From Candidatus Poribacteria bacterium (GTDB lineage: Bacteria; Poribacteria; WGA-4E; WGA-3G): a DNA stretch of 64,000 bases. The stretch's first letter is position 1, and each line of letters begins with the position of its first letter. The stretch is taken from assembly GCA_965208245.1 (NCBI GenBank), contig OZ242325.1, positions 158,706 through 222,705 on the forward strand, written 5' to 3'. Under the pieces are notes generated by a model that was given only the letters and a program-made list of their open reading frames with translations, searched no databases and was not told the DNA's origin. A program made the position numbers and the translations under genes. This document shows, piece by piece, positions 20,301 through 30,049 of this stretch.

Positions 20301-21056
20301 ATGAACACTTCTCAACAGAAACCATCACACCCAGAACCTTTAGACCTTAGGGAAGTCGGTGCTCCGATTGATGACGAAACGCAGTTAAGCGATATACGAC
20401 TCTTCTTTCAACTCCACGTTTTTTCACACTGCTACCATCCAGAAGTATTTATTGATCATATTCAACAGAGCAATTATAGTCCAACCAGTGCCATTTTCTA
20501 CGATGATTTAAATAATCCTATAGGTTTCGGCGTGCTGCTAATAGCACCCGATCCAACATCCTTGATGGATCAATCGCTTGTCTTAAAAGATATGCAACGT
20601 AAATACGATCGTGATATCACATATCGTCCAGAAATGACGATGATTGGTCGCACGTATTCAAGTGGAAGAGAACCTGATTTGGAAGAATGGCTTTTCAATA
20701 AACCGCTTAAGAATGTCTTCAATCCAAAATTCCCTTGGGCAATTTGGTATCCTCTTCGTAGAAAACCGGAATTCTATCAACTCGAACAACGTGAACGAGG
20801 CAGAATCTTAGGTGAACATGCAATGCTCGGTAGAAGCTACGCTGCAGATGGATACGCAAGTGATATCCGATTAACATGCTTCGGGTTAGATACAAATGAC
20901 AACGAATTCCTTATAGGATTAGTCGGTCCAGAACTCTATCCACTATCACGACTAATACAGGATATGCGCCAAACAGAACAGACAACCAAATACATTGAAT
21001 CACTCGGACCCTTCTTTATCGGCAAAGTTCGGAAGAGATGGGTGAATGAATCCTAA
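20301..21056 (+). CDS. Chlorite dismutase / HemQ(ChdC)-family protein
   Basis: 251 aa. Has GEHAMLGRSY (proximal His region) and the family-like C-terminal half (DNEFLIGLVGPELYPLSRLIQDMRQTEQTTKY). Confidence 0.55.
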   Translation: MNTSQQKPSHPEPLDLREVGAPIDDETQLSDIRLFFQLHVFSHCYHPEVFIDHIQQSNYSPTSAIFYDDLNNPIGFGVLLIAPDPTSLMDQSLVLKDMQRKYDRDITYRPEMTMIGRTYSSGREPDLEEWLFNKPLKNVFNPKFPWAIWYPLRRKPEFYQLEQRERGRILGEHAMLGRSYAADGYASDIRLTCFGLDTNDNEFLIGLVGPELYPLSRLIQDMRQTEQTTKYIESLGPFFIGKVRKRWVNES

Positions 21057-21149
21057 TTAGAGACATTTGACTTGTAGAGGAACAGTTAACATATTGCTGG
21101 ACGATTTCCAACTCTCAATCTGATATTTCACCATAATCAAGAACCAAAG

Positions 21150-21872
21150 ATGAGAAATATACTTGCTATCTGTTCAAAAGAACTCTATACCTATTTTGTA
21201 TCGCCGATTGCATATTTCGTGATTGTCGTATTTTCAGCACTATCAGGTTTCATTTTCTCGCTCTGGTTAATATCGTATTCAGGTCATGTTTCAGGAACAG
21301 ATGTGATGCAGGTTGTCTTCGGAAATCTTGCAATTATTCTTCTCTTTTTCACACCTGTTTTAACAATGAAACTGTTCGCGGAAGAGAGAAAATCAGGAAC
21401 GATCGAATTACTACTCACTTCTCCCGCAACGGATGGCCAAGTCGTCATAGGAAAGTTCCTCGCAAGTTGGACACTTGTGCTGATTATGCTCGGACTTACA
21501 CTACTATTCCCATTTTTGACATCCCGTTTCGGACCGTTAGACCTCGGTGTATTAGGCAGCGGCTATCTCGGTCTCATACTTATCAGTTCCTGTTTCCTTG
21601 CATTCGGATTACTCATGTCCTCAATGAGCAAAAATCAGATCGTTGCAGCACTAACTAGTTTCGGTTTTTTTTTGATTCTATGGACAATAGGCAACTTGTC
21701 AAATAAGGCAGGTTTCATCGGCAAAATGTTGAGCTATCTTTCTTTTATTGACCATTACAACGACTTTGCTCGCGGTGTCATCAAACTAAATGACGTTACA
21801 TACTATCTCAGTTTCTTATGTGTATGTCTGTTCTGCACATTAAAGTCAATTGAGTCTTCAAAATGGAGATAA
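21150..21872 (+). CDS. ABC-2 type transporter permease (GldF-like)
   Basis: Six predicted TM segments. The N-terminus (ILAICSKELYTYFVSPIAYFV) is typical of this permease family. Confidence 0.75.
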   Translation: MRNILAICSKELYTYFVSPIAYFVIVVFSALSGFIFSLWLISYSGHVSGTDVMQVVFGNLAIILLFFTPVLTMKLFAEERKSGTIELLLTSPATDGQVVIGKFLASWTLVLIMLGLTLLFPFLTSRFGPLDLGVLGSGYLGLILISSCFLAFGLLMSSMSKNQIVAALTSFGFFLILWTIGNLSNKAGFIGKMLSYLSFIDHYNDFARGVIKLNDVTYYLSFLCVCLFCTLKSIESSKWR

Positions 21873-21875
21873 GGT

Positions 21876-23489
21876 ATGGCTGATGATAAGAAAATGGTAG
21901 GACCAGTATTCGGTTTTCTAACGCTAATTCTCTGTTTTCTATCAGTAACCTGTCTATTCCTGAATACCTGGTTTGGCTTTTGGATTTCTTTGGTTTTCTT
22001 TGTTGCATCACTAACAATATTCGTTGTTGTCCGTTTGGATGAAATCCGCGCTCTTTTTCATAGTAGACAAATGCGATATGGCACTAATGTCGCATTGAGT
22101 ATTCTCGGTATCATTGGTATTGCAGTCTTCGTTAATGTCATTATTGCACAAAGGTTTAATAAGAGAATAGATTTAACAGAATATAAACGGCATTCTCTCT
22201 CTGAACAAACAAGACAAGTTCTTAAATCCATTGATAAAGAAATGAAAATAATAGCATTCTTTACTGAAAGCAACCGTTCTATACCGAACGTTAAGCACTA
22301 CTTAAATTTATACGCACATGAAACAAAGAACATCAAAGTGTCGCTTATTGATCCAGATCATGAAAATAACTTAGCTGACAAATACGGCATTAAAAGAGAT
22401 GGATATACAGTTTTTGACAACGGAGAAAGGCATGAAATAACTGCTATCGTCAGTGAACAAGCATACACAAACACCTTACTAAAAGTCATCAAGAATGAAA
22501 CTAAGAGAGTGTATTTTCTTACTGGACACGAAGAACGTAGTATTGATGACTTCAGTAGTAGGGGATATCAACAAGTAAAAACGGAATTACAGAAGATCAA
22601 TTACGAAGTCCTCTCACTTTCACTCTTGAAAGAACAACAGATACCTGCTGATTGTAATGTTCTTGTTGTTGCTGCTCCAACCAAACCGATAAGAAAGGAT
22701 GAGATAGAAACTATTGAAAAATTCTTAGATAAAAACGGCAAACTGCTACTGTTATTGGACCCTTCACACAATTCCCCTAACGATGTAAATGGTGAACTAG
22801 TTCAACTTATGAAAAAATGGGGAGTAAAGATAGGAAATGACTTAGTCTTTGATCGGGTAAATGCATTCTTATTATTAGGAGGACCAACTGCACTGGATTT
22901 ACAATTTGAACCACATGAAATAACACGTAATTTTATGCAATTGCAGATACCATTTAACTATTGCCGTTCCGTCACACCTCTACAAGATATACCTGATCAC
23001 ATCAGTGTAAAAACAATAGCAAAAACAGTTAGTCCAAATGGCGTTAGTTGGGCAGAAACGGAACGTCAAGCAGATGGCACCTTCAGCGATAATGGGTATA
23101 CACCGAATGTAGATATGCCTGCCCCTGTTTCGGTCGCTGTTGCAGTTGAAGAAGATATAAGTCGTAACCTTGTGGAAAAAGAAACAGCAACACCTACACG
23201 CATTGTTGTAATCGGAGATTCAGATTTTGCTTCAGATGTGTTTTTTGCATCAAACAATCCTAATATTCCTGCATATACGCCTATTTTTAACGCTATCGTA
23301 AACTGGTTGACATTAGAAGATGATCTAGCCACCATTGCTGAGACTGATCCCAGCAAACGCTCTTTACACAGACTGAATAATTATCAGGCGCAACTTATTC
23401 AAATAATATCAGTGTTTCTCATCCCTTTACTCGTATTTATCACAGGAATTGTTGTTTGGTGGTTTCGACGAGAAGGAGGTACAAGGTGA
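21876..23489 (+). CDS. GldG-like ABC transporter auxiliary component
   Basis: Has N- and C-terminal TM anchors and a YFLTGHEE motif. It follows the ABC-2 permease by 3 nt. Confidence 0.7.
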   Translation: MADDKKMVGPVFGFLTLILCFLSVTCLFLNTWFGFWISLVFFVASLTIFVVVRLDEIRALFHSRQMRYGTNVALSILGIIGIAVFVNVIIAQRFNKRIDLTEYKRHSLSEQTRQVLKSIDKEMKIIAFFTESNRSIPNVKHYLNLYAHETKNIKVSLIDPDHENNLADKYGIKRDGYTVFDNGERHEITAIVSEQAYTNTLLKVIKNETKRVYFLTGHEERSIDDFSSRGYQQVKTELQKINYEVLSLSLLKEQQIPADCNVLVVAAPTKPIRKDEIETIEKFLDKNGKLLLLLDPSHNSPNDVNGELVQLMKKWGVKIGNDLVFDRVNAFLLLGGPTALDLQFEPHEITRNFMQLQIPFNYCRSVTPLQDIPDHISVKTIAKTVSPNGVSWAETERQADGTFSDNGYTPNVDMPAPVSVAVAVEEDISRNLVEKETATPTRIVVIGDSDFASDVFFASNNPNIPAYTPIFNAIVNWLTLEDDLATIAETDPSKRSLHRLNNYQAQLIQIISVFLIPLLVFITGIVVWWFRREGGTR

Positions 23490-25318
23490 GTTTCCGTTCT
23501 ACCGTTCTGATAATTGTCACGCTTACAGTTGTTGCCGCAAGTTATTTTCTCTTCTTTAACAAACCTACTGATGACAACACAAAAAACAAAAAACCAAGAA
23601 TCTTTCAAGTATACGATATATCTGTTGAAGAAATCAGTAAAGTCAAACTCTCTTTCTCAAATGAATCTTTTCAGAACTTCTCTATTGAAAAAAACAATAA
23701 AAATACCTATATGTTCACAGTACCAATCAATGCACATGCAGATTACGAAAAGGTCAAGTTACTGTTAGATGATTTTCTAAATAAACGCATAAGGAAAACC
23801 CTTAACGTATCAGATTATGGGCAATACGGTTTAGATGAACCAACAATTACTATTGAACTGTGGAAAAAACGATCAAGTAAACCAAAAACCTTCTTTATAG
23901 GAAAAAAGGGCGTAAATTTTGCTGTCTATATAAAAGAGAAGTCAGAAAAACATATATTTCTGATTGAGTCTAGTGCACTTGATGACCTGTCAAAGTCTCC
24001 ATCAGATTTGCGTGATAGAGCAATCATTAGGTTTGATCCGGATGCAATCACAGAAATCAAGTTTGAGAAACCTGAACAGATACATTGTAAGAAAAAGGGT
24101 GATAGATGGATCATGACACATCCACTTGCTGCAAACGCCGATACACACAGAATTCAATACATACTCAGTGAGTTAAGTAAATCACACGTCCTCTCGTTTG
24201 AAGCTGACGGTGAAGATGTAGCACCCTTGTTAGAAAAATACGGGCTAAAGAATCCCCGCATCATGTTCTCACTGAATGATGGGGAATCTACTTACGGACT
24301 CAAAATAGGGTCTGATGACCAGTCTGCTCAAAATTATGAGAGAGCATATAAAAAAGTCAACGCACAGTCAATACATCAAGGTAGTATATTTACAATATCA
24401 GACAGGATTGTTCAGATTCTAAACAGATCAGTTTTTGATTTACGTGATAAACGGATACTGGATTTTCAGAGAACTGATACAACGAAGTTTGAAATTCAAT
24501 TTGGGACACAAAAGATAGAGGCTATCAAACTAGGTCAGGATAGATGGCACCTCAATGCACAGAACAGATTCAGGGCGGATCCGATGGCAGTTAGCGATCT
24601 ACTCTTCGGTGTTGACTCGCTACAAGCTGTAGCGTTTGTATCAGACGCTACAGACAACCTGAGGAACTTTGGATTGCACCCGCCAAGAATGCAAGTCTCA
24701 TTCACGGTCCAAGGTGAAAATAATCCCGCTGTGCTTCTCATTGGCAAAGATGCAAAGAATAATACAGTATACGTGAAAGCAGCAAACAGCCAGCAGGTGA
24801 CTACTGTTAAACGCGACCTAATAGATAAAATCTTTAAGGGTGTAGCATGGTTAAGAGATAAGCAGATATTCGATTTTAGGACTGAAGATCCAACCCGTTT
24901 AACAGTAAAATATAATGATGAACAAGACTCGGATAAAAGTATCACTTTCACATGCCAACGCCTCGGTAGTGACTGGAGATTAACCGCACCCGTTAAGGAG
25001 AATGCAAATAATGCAGCAGTCAATGAGATTCTATACGAACTAATTGACTTAAGTGCGGATGAGTTTATTACTGGAACATGGATAGATAATAAAAGCAGAC
25101 TTTCAGATGATAATACGGGTCTGAATTCACCCATCTTACAAATTACAGTGGAATTGAAGTCAAAGAAGTTAGATTCGGTTCAGATAGGAAAAACTGACGC
25201 ATTGGGACGCTATCATGCACGTTTAACCCATGAACCAAATCAGATTTTCATGATTAACCCAGAAGTAATTCAGAGAATAAAGGCACAACTTAATTGGCTT
25301 CGCACAACAGAAAACTAA
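23486..25318 (+). CDS. DUF4340-like protein (usual partner of GldF/GldG-type modules)
   Basis: GTG start overlaps the upstream stop (GTGA), with AAGGAGG 7 nt upstream. Has an N-terminal TM helix. The family call rests on context and size. Confidence 0.5.
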   Translation: MSFRSTVLIIVTLTVVAASYFLFFNKPTDDNTKNKKPRIFQVYDISVEEISKVKLSFSNESFQNFSIEKNNKNTYMFTVPINAHADYEKVKLLLDDFLNKRIRKTLNVSDYGQYGLDEPTITIELWKKRSSKPKTFFIGKKGVNFAVYIKEKSEKHIFLIESSALDDLSKSPSDLRDRAIIRFDPDAITEIKFEKPEQIHCKKKGDRWIMTHPLAANADTHRIQYILSELSKSHVLSFEADGEDVAPLLEKYGLKNPRIMFSLNDGESTYGLKIGSDDQSAQNYERAYKKVNAQSIHQGSIFTISDRIVQILNRSVFDLRDKRILDFQRTDTTKFEIQFGTQKIEAIKLGQDRWHLNAQNRFRADPMAVSDLLFGVDSLQAVAFVSDATDNLRNFGLHPPRMQVSFTVQGENNPAVLLIGKDAKNNTVYVKAANSQQVTTVKRDLIDKIFKGVAWLRDKQIFDFRTEDPTRLTVKYNDEQDSDKSITFTCQRLGSDWRLTAPVKENANNAAVNEILYELIDLSADEFITGTWIDNKSRLSDDNTGLNSPILQITVELKSKKLDSVQIGKTDALGRYHARLTHEPNQIFMINPEVIQRIKAQLNWLRTTEN

Positions 25319-25322
25319 ATAT

Positions 25323-26540
25323 TTGGAAATGAATACCATGAGTACTTATATAATCGCCGTTTCCTACTTGCTGTTTATTCTTGAAATGTTGTTGATTAGT
25401 CAATCTTTTTTCTACACACGACGCGAACGGAAAACCGATAGACCCACATATACACCAAAAGTAGCTATTATTGCACCCCACTACGGTTGGGATGACGAAA
25501 CTGCTGAACATGCAAAAACCTTACTTGATCAGGATTACAAAGGAGACTTTACAATACACTTCGTTACACACGATAAAGTCGGTCCAGGTTACGATGTGTC
25601 ATATCCACATTTACAAGACATTGCAAAAGATGCCCCCCACGCGGATGTCCGTTTAGCACCAAATATCGTTGATAATAACCTACCACGTTCACAGAAAGTC
25701 CAGAACCTTATCACAGTGATAGAGAGTTTAACTGAGGATGTAGAGATAATTGCATTCGTGGATGCTGATGTGGCAATTCAGAGAAACTGGCTACGTCTTC
25801 TTGTGAACCCGCTCCAAGACGATAGAATAGGGGCAACCGTTGGCGGCAGATTCTATTTTCCGCAAACACGGAATTTCGCATCACTCGTTGAAGCCGCTTG
25901 GGTCAATTTTCAGATGTCGTTACAAGGAGACCATTGGCTTACTATGGTATGGGGAGGATCTAATGCTTTTCGTCGTGAGTTACTTGAAAAAGGACAAATA
26001 TTGGAACGATGGGAACAAGCAGCAATTGAAGATCTAAACACAACCCGCGCAGTACGAGATATTAAACTTAAGATTCACTTCGTACCCGATTGCGTAGCAG
26101 TCACCAAAACTGCAAATCGTACGTGGAGACAGATATTTGAATTTACAAATAGACAAATGATAATGACGAAACACATGGGACTATGGGCGCAATGGTTCGG
26201 CAGCCTATCCATCTTCTTGCCAAAGGCAGTTCTCGTTTTTGGTTCAATTCCATTTATTGGCACGCTACCAGGACTCCTACCCGTTCTTTTTATACCCTTA
26301 CTTGAAGCGATGAGTTTCCAACTTTGTAGCCGAAACCTACCTAAATGGCTTCGGGACATGCCAAAAGTTCAGGACACACTTCGCATCAGTAAATACGCTG
26401 CACCATTTTGCATCTTCCTTGCAGGTATCAACGCATTCTATGCAATATTTCAACGAAAAATCGTATGGGGGGGCGTGAAATACGAGATACTGTCTGATAC
26501 TACCTGCAGAGTATTAACACCAGTGAAAGACAGAGAATAG
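25323..26540 (+). CDS. Family 2 (GT2/GT21-like) membrane glycosyltransferase
   Basis: Has an N-terminal TM helix, VAIIAPHYG, FVDADV (DxD) and C-terminal TM helices. Confidence 0.6.
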   Translation: MEMNTMSTYIIAVSYLLFILEMLLISQSFFYTRRERKTDRPTYTPKVAIIAPHYGWDDETAEHAKTLLDQDYKGDFTIHFVTHDKVGPGYDVSYPHLQDIAKDAPHADVRLAPNIVDNNLPRSQKVQNLITVIESLTEDVEIIAFVDADVAIQRNWLRLLVNPLQDDRIGATVGGRFYFPQTRNFASLVEAAWVNFQMSLQGDHWLTMVWGGSNAFRRELLEKGQILERWEQAAIEDLNTTRAVRDIKLKIHFVPDCVAVTKTANRTWRQIFEFTNRQMIMTKHMGLWAQWFGSLSIFLPKAVLVFGSIPFIGTLPGLLPVLFIPLLEAMSFQLCSRNLPKWLRDMPKVQDTLRISKYAAPFCIFLAGINAFYAIFQRKIVWGGVKYEILSDTTCRVLTPVKDRE

Positions 26541-26623
26541 GACTTTAGATTACCAGATATATCAAACTATCTTGCATTTTTTTAGAAAATATGGAATAGT
26601 ATACAGAAGGTTAGGAGAGAAAA

Positions 26624-27061
26624 ATGGATACAGAGAAAATAACGAAATCAAAGAAAGAATGGAAAGAGCAACTGTCACCTGAAGAATATAAGGTTACACG
26701 AAAGAAAGGAACTGAACCTGCTTTCTCAGGTAGATATCACGATTGTAAAGAGGAAGGAACATACCATTGCATCTGTTGTGGCAGCCCGCTTTTTGCATCA
26801 CAGACAAAATACGATTCTGGTACTGGGTGGCCCAGTTTTTGGGACCCGGTTTCGCCTGACAGTGTTGAGACAAAAGCAGATTTCAGGATCTTTTTCATGC
26901 CTCGTACAGAAATTGTATGTAGGCGATGTGATGCACATCTGGGACATGTGTTTAATGACGGACCCGATCCAACAGGAAAAAGGTATTGTCTCAATTCCGC
27001 AGCCCTTACACTTATTAAATCCGGTGAAGAAACCGATGTATGTAGTAAAGTTAAAAATTAA
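26624..27061 (+). CDS. msrB: Peptide-methionine (R)-S-oxide reductase
   Basis: Has CICCGSPLF...GWPSFW...CRRCDAHLGHVFNDGP...RYCLNS. Confidence 0.95.
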   Translation: MDTEKITKSKKEWKEQLSPEEYKVTRKKGTEPAFSGRYHDCKEEGTYHCICCGSPLFASQTKYDSGTGWPSFWDPVSPDSVETKADFRIFFMPRTEIVCRRCDAHLGHVFNDGPDPTGKRYCLNSAALTLIKSGEETDVCSKVKN

Positions 27062-27063
27062 AG

Positions 27064-27123
27064 ACATTTCAACGTTTTTGATAACCACACAGCGTAGAGA
27101 CGAAGTCTCCTCGCCCAACGTGG
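27064..27123 (+). repeat. Degenerate REP core copy (acatttcaacgttt...agcgtagagacgaagtctcctcgcccaacgtgg)
   Basis: Aligns by eye to 28419-28480 and to the inner part of the 44606-44791 element. Confidence 0.6.
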
Positions 27124-27168
27124 AATGTATTAATAATTCTGAAGACCACTAAGATCAAAGGAGTATAA

Positions 27169-28389
27169 ATGACACTAAGGAGCAGAGTATCATCACGGTT
27201 TCTTGTAAATCAACTAGCAACCGCTGTAAAAGAGGACTGGAGCACATCACGTAAATTCATGCAATACCAACTGGCAAAAGAGACTTTCAACATGCGACAC
27301 CCATTCGGCGCAAAACACGGCAAAGGTGACGCTATTCAGCTAGTAAGTCTTCGCATAACAGATATGTGTAATCTACGTTGTCATTCTTGTGGACAATGGG
27401 GTGATAACGGGTATCTGCTTGGTAAATCTCTCAAGGAATTAAAACAACGCGAAGTTCCTGTAGAAATATATAAAAACCTTGTCGATCAAGTAGTCAATGC
27501 AGGTTGGTCCCCTGTCTGGTATATCTGGGGTGGGGAACCTATGCTATACCCTGGCATCATAGAATTGATGCATTATATCAAGGAAAAAGGGATGCCTATC
27601 TCTCTTGTGAGTAACGCTACAAATATTGCCAGAAGAGCGGCGGATATACTTGAAACTTGTAAAATAATTTACCTTAGCGTAGATGGTCCGAATGAGGAAA
27701 TTCATAACACACAACGACCCGGAGTGTCAAAAAATTACGACAACTTCAAGGATGTCAAAGCAGCATTGGAAACGTTAAGTGCTGAAAAGGAACACCGTAA
27801 CGCCTCATTTCCATACATTATTCCACTCAGTTGTGTCACAATGTATAACATTGACGTTGTGGTTGACCTATATAAGTTCACCAGTCAATTCGCAGACGCA
27901 CAGATATTCTATCTCACTTGGTGGATAGATGCTGAATCAGCTCAGCAACATTCAGAAGACTTTGAGAGTCGTTTTGGATTCAAACCGCAAACACATTTTG
28001 GATGGATTGGTACTTGGAAAGACTTTGATCACGGTGTGATTTTAGACCGATTTCAGGAGATGGAAAAGTTGTATGACGATCAAAAACGATGTCCACCTGT
28101 TATGATGCCAAGATTGAATTCAAAGGGTGAAATCCAGCGATACTATACGAATCATCAGGAGACCTTCGGATACAACCAATGTGTCAGTATCTATATGACA
28201 TTAGAAATTGACAGCAATGGCGATGTGAGTTTATGTCGAGATTACCACGACTATATCATCGGCAATATCAAAGAGGACAAGGTAGTTGACATGTGGAACA
28301 ACCATAAAGCGTTGAAATTCCGACAATCAATTAGCAGAGACGGTCCAATGCCAGTTTGTCGTCGTTGTTGCGGATTGATGGGATTCTAA
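27169..28389 (+). CDS. Radical SAM protein with C-terminal SPASM-like Cys cluster
   Basis: Has CNLRCHSC (CxxxCxxC) and C-terminal motifs CRDYHDYIIGNI and PVCRRCCG. Good RBS (AAAGGAG). Confidence 0.8.
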   Translation: MTLRSRVSSRFLVNQLATAVKEDWSTSRKFMQYQLAKETFNMRHPFGAKHGKGDAIQLVSLRITDMCNLRCHSCGQWGDNGYLLGKSLKELKQREVPVEIYKNLVDQVVNAGWSPVWYIWGGEPMLYPGIIELMHYIKEKGMPISLVSNATNIARRAADILETCKIIYLSVDGPNEEIHNTQRPGVSKNYDNFKDVKAALETLSAEKEHRNASFPYIIPLSCVTMYNIDVVVDLYKFTSQFADAQIFYLTWWIDAESAQQHSEDFESRFGFKPQTHFGWIGTWKDFDHGVILDRFQEMEKLYDDQKRCPPVMMPRLNSKGEIQRYYTNHQETFGYNQCVSIYMTLEIDSNGDVSLCRDYHDYIIGNIKEDKVVDMWNNHKALKFRQSISRDGPMPVCRRCCGLMGF

Positions 28390-28418
28390 TTAGTGTAGTA
28401 AAGTTAATTTCCAATGTT

Positions 28419-28480
28419 ACATTTCAACGTTTGCTTAGACCAAGCCTGCGTAGGGGCGAGGTCCCCTCGCCCGTTGAGCG
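28419..28480 (+). repeat. REP core copy (acatttcaacgttt...gcgtaggggcgaggtcccctcgcccgttgagcg)
   Basis: Has the palindromic core GGGGCGAGG-N4-CCTCGCCC, in the same orientation as 27064-27123. Confidence 0.7.
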
Positions 28481-28542
28481 TTTCATTTGTTCTGAAATAC
28501 GTTACATAGATTTTCATTTGAAACAGAAGGATAGGAGATTAT

Positions 28543-28848
28543 ATGAAAATAGGTTTACGCATTCCTGGCACTGCACGTCAGAAGAAGCGATGTATTTGCA
28601 CGGCAATTTAGGACCGAGTTTTACGAGTCCACGCGGATTCGGTGAAGATTGGTGACGATACACAATTCATGGTGATGGCGTAGTCGACTGGTTGAAGGTC
28701 GACCAGATATTGGAAGATGAAGAATTTGATGGCATCGTCAGCGTTGAGCTTGAGGATTACCGTTATTGGAGAACATGGGAATCAGAATCTGAAGGACTTA
28801 TTAGGTCTCATGAATTCTTGTCCTATTTTGTGCGTTAAAAGTAGCAGG
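28543..28848 (+). pseudogene. Relic of a xylose-isomerase-like TIM-barrel (sugar phosphate isomerase/epimerase) gene with internal deletion/frameshift
   Basis: MKIGLRIPG... opens at 28543 and stops after 22 codons. A different frame (28656-28848) reads IHGDGVVDWLKVDQILEDEEFDGIVSVELEDYRYW...GLIRSHEFL, a typical C-terminus for this fold. Confidence 0.45.
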
Positions 28849-28865
28849 CACACTCCGTGTGCCGT
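28837..28865. repeat. Hairpin repeat aaaagtagcaGGCACACtccGTGTGCCgt (family 2)
   Basis: Second copy of the 18638-18666 element. Confidence 0.7.
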
Positions 28866-28905
28866 CTGTGCGACTCCTCATACCTTTCGCAGTAAGAGAA
28901 AATAA

Positions 28906-29850
28906 ATGCCAATATTTAGATTAGAAGACGATACACTCTTCATAGCACAGGAAACTAACCTTGAACTTGAAAGCCATCTGGAGGATTGGCTTGAAAATAG
29001 TCCTCCCGCACTTGTCCAAGAACCTATCCTTTGGATTGATAGGCAACCAAGTGCAAAGGATGAAGATGGAACTATTTTTCCTGACCTTTTAGGGTTGGAT
29101 TCTAATGGAAACCTTGTTATTGTTGAATTAAAACGCGACAAAGCACCGCGTGACGTAGTCGCGCAGTTGATGGAATATGCATCATGGGGAAATGAGCTAA
29201 CTGAAAAGCAAATTCAGGTTATTGCAGAAGAGTATTTTGCAAAGAGAAAAGAATATAATGATAGAGATTTCCTTGATGTATTCAAAGAAGTGTTTGACAT
29301 ACCAGATTCTGATGAAGTTCCACCGTTAAATCAGAACTTACGACTATTCATTGTAGCAGCAGATATACCAGAAAGAGTCTCCCGTGTTTGCCGATTTCTT
29401 CGCACTTCACACGGTATGGACATCAATTGTATCACGGTTTCTACTTTTGAAACAGAATCCGGAGAGAGACTTGTCAGTTTAGAATTAATTGTTGGAAATG
29501 AAAACGTTGTTCTTCCAAAGACTCATAGACAATCTACATTGCATACCTCAAGGTGGTCAGGTGAAAAATTAGTTAAAGAAGTAGTTTGGGAAGCAGTTGA
29601 AGAACTGATGCAAGGAGAGAAAAACTATTTCGCGCCCAAAGAGGTCACATCTCTGATCTTAGAAAAATATCCAGATTTTAATTCTTCCACTGTCAGTTGT
29701 CAAATCGCTTCAGACTGTGTAAATCATACATCGCGCCATTATTATCCTGGAGGTACAGATAGATATTGGCGTGTAGAAAGAGGTAAATACCGTCTGTTTG
29801 ATCCAGAAAAAGATAAAATAGAAGATTTAGACGATTCAATTCAAACTTAG
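28906..29850 (+). CDS. NucS/DUF91-like PD-(D/E)XK nuclease-domain protein
   Basis: The N-terminal ~95 aa match the pattern E..LEDWL...P..L.....I...Q......G..PDLLGLD..GNLVIVELKRDKAPRDVVAQLMEYASW. The C-terminal 200 aa are unassigned. Confidence 0.55.
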   Translation: MPIFRLEDDTLFIAQETNLELESHLEDWLENSPPALVQEPILWIDRQPSAKDEDGTIFPDLLGLDSNGNLVIVELKRDKAPRDVVAQLMEYASWGNELTEKQIQVIAEEYFAKRKEYNDRDFLDVFKEVFDIPDSDEVPPLNQNLRLFIVAADIPERVSRVCRFLRTSHGMDINCITVSTFETESGERLVSLELIVGNENVVLPKTHRQSTLHTSRWSGEKLVKEVVWEAVEELMQGEKNYFAPKEVTSLILEKYPDFNSSTVSCQIASDCVNHTSRHYYPGGTDRYWRVERGKYRLFDPEKDKIEDLDDSIQT

Positions 29851-29857
29851 AAGTCGA

Positions 29858-30049
29858 ATGTCCATACTTGATCAAGCAAAAGTAGTCTATTTTGAAAAAG
29901 AAGATATTTTATACATTCTGATTTCTGAAGGACCTCAAAGTGGTAGTTTGGAATTAACGCCTAATATCACTGCTGAACTGAACGATAAAGGTGAACTCAT
30001 CGGCATTGAGATTCTGAACGCAAGCAACTTCATTCAGGAAACACCATGA
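29858..30049 (+). CDS. DUF2283-like small protein
   Basis: 63 aa. Has YFEKEDILYI...ELNDKGELIGIEILNAS, the typical DUF2283 pattern. Confidence 0.6.
   Translation: MSILDQAKVVYFEKEDILYILISEGPQSGSLELTPNITAELNDKGELIGIEILNASNFIQETP

Noticed and set aside
28356-28905. ORFs 28356-28655 and 28717-28905
   Set aside because: They run through a REP core, a hairpin repeat and out-of-frame pieces of the TIM-barrel relic. They have no motif and no RBS.
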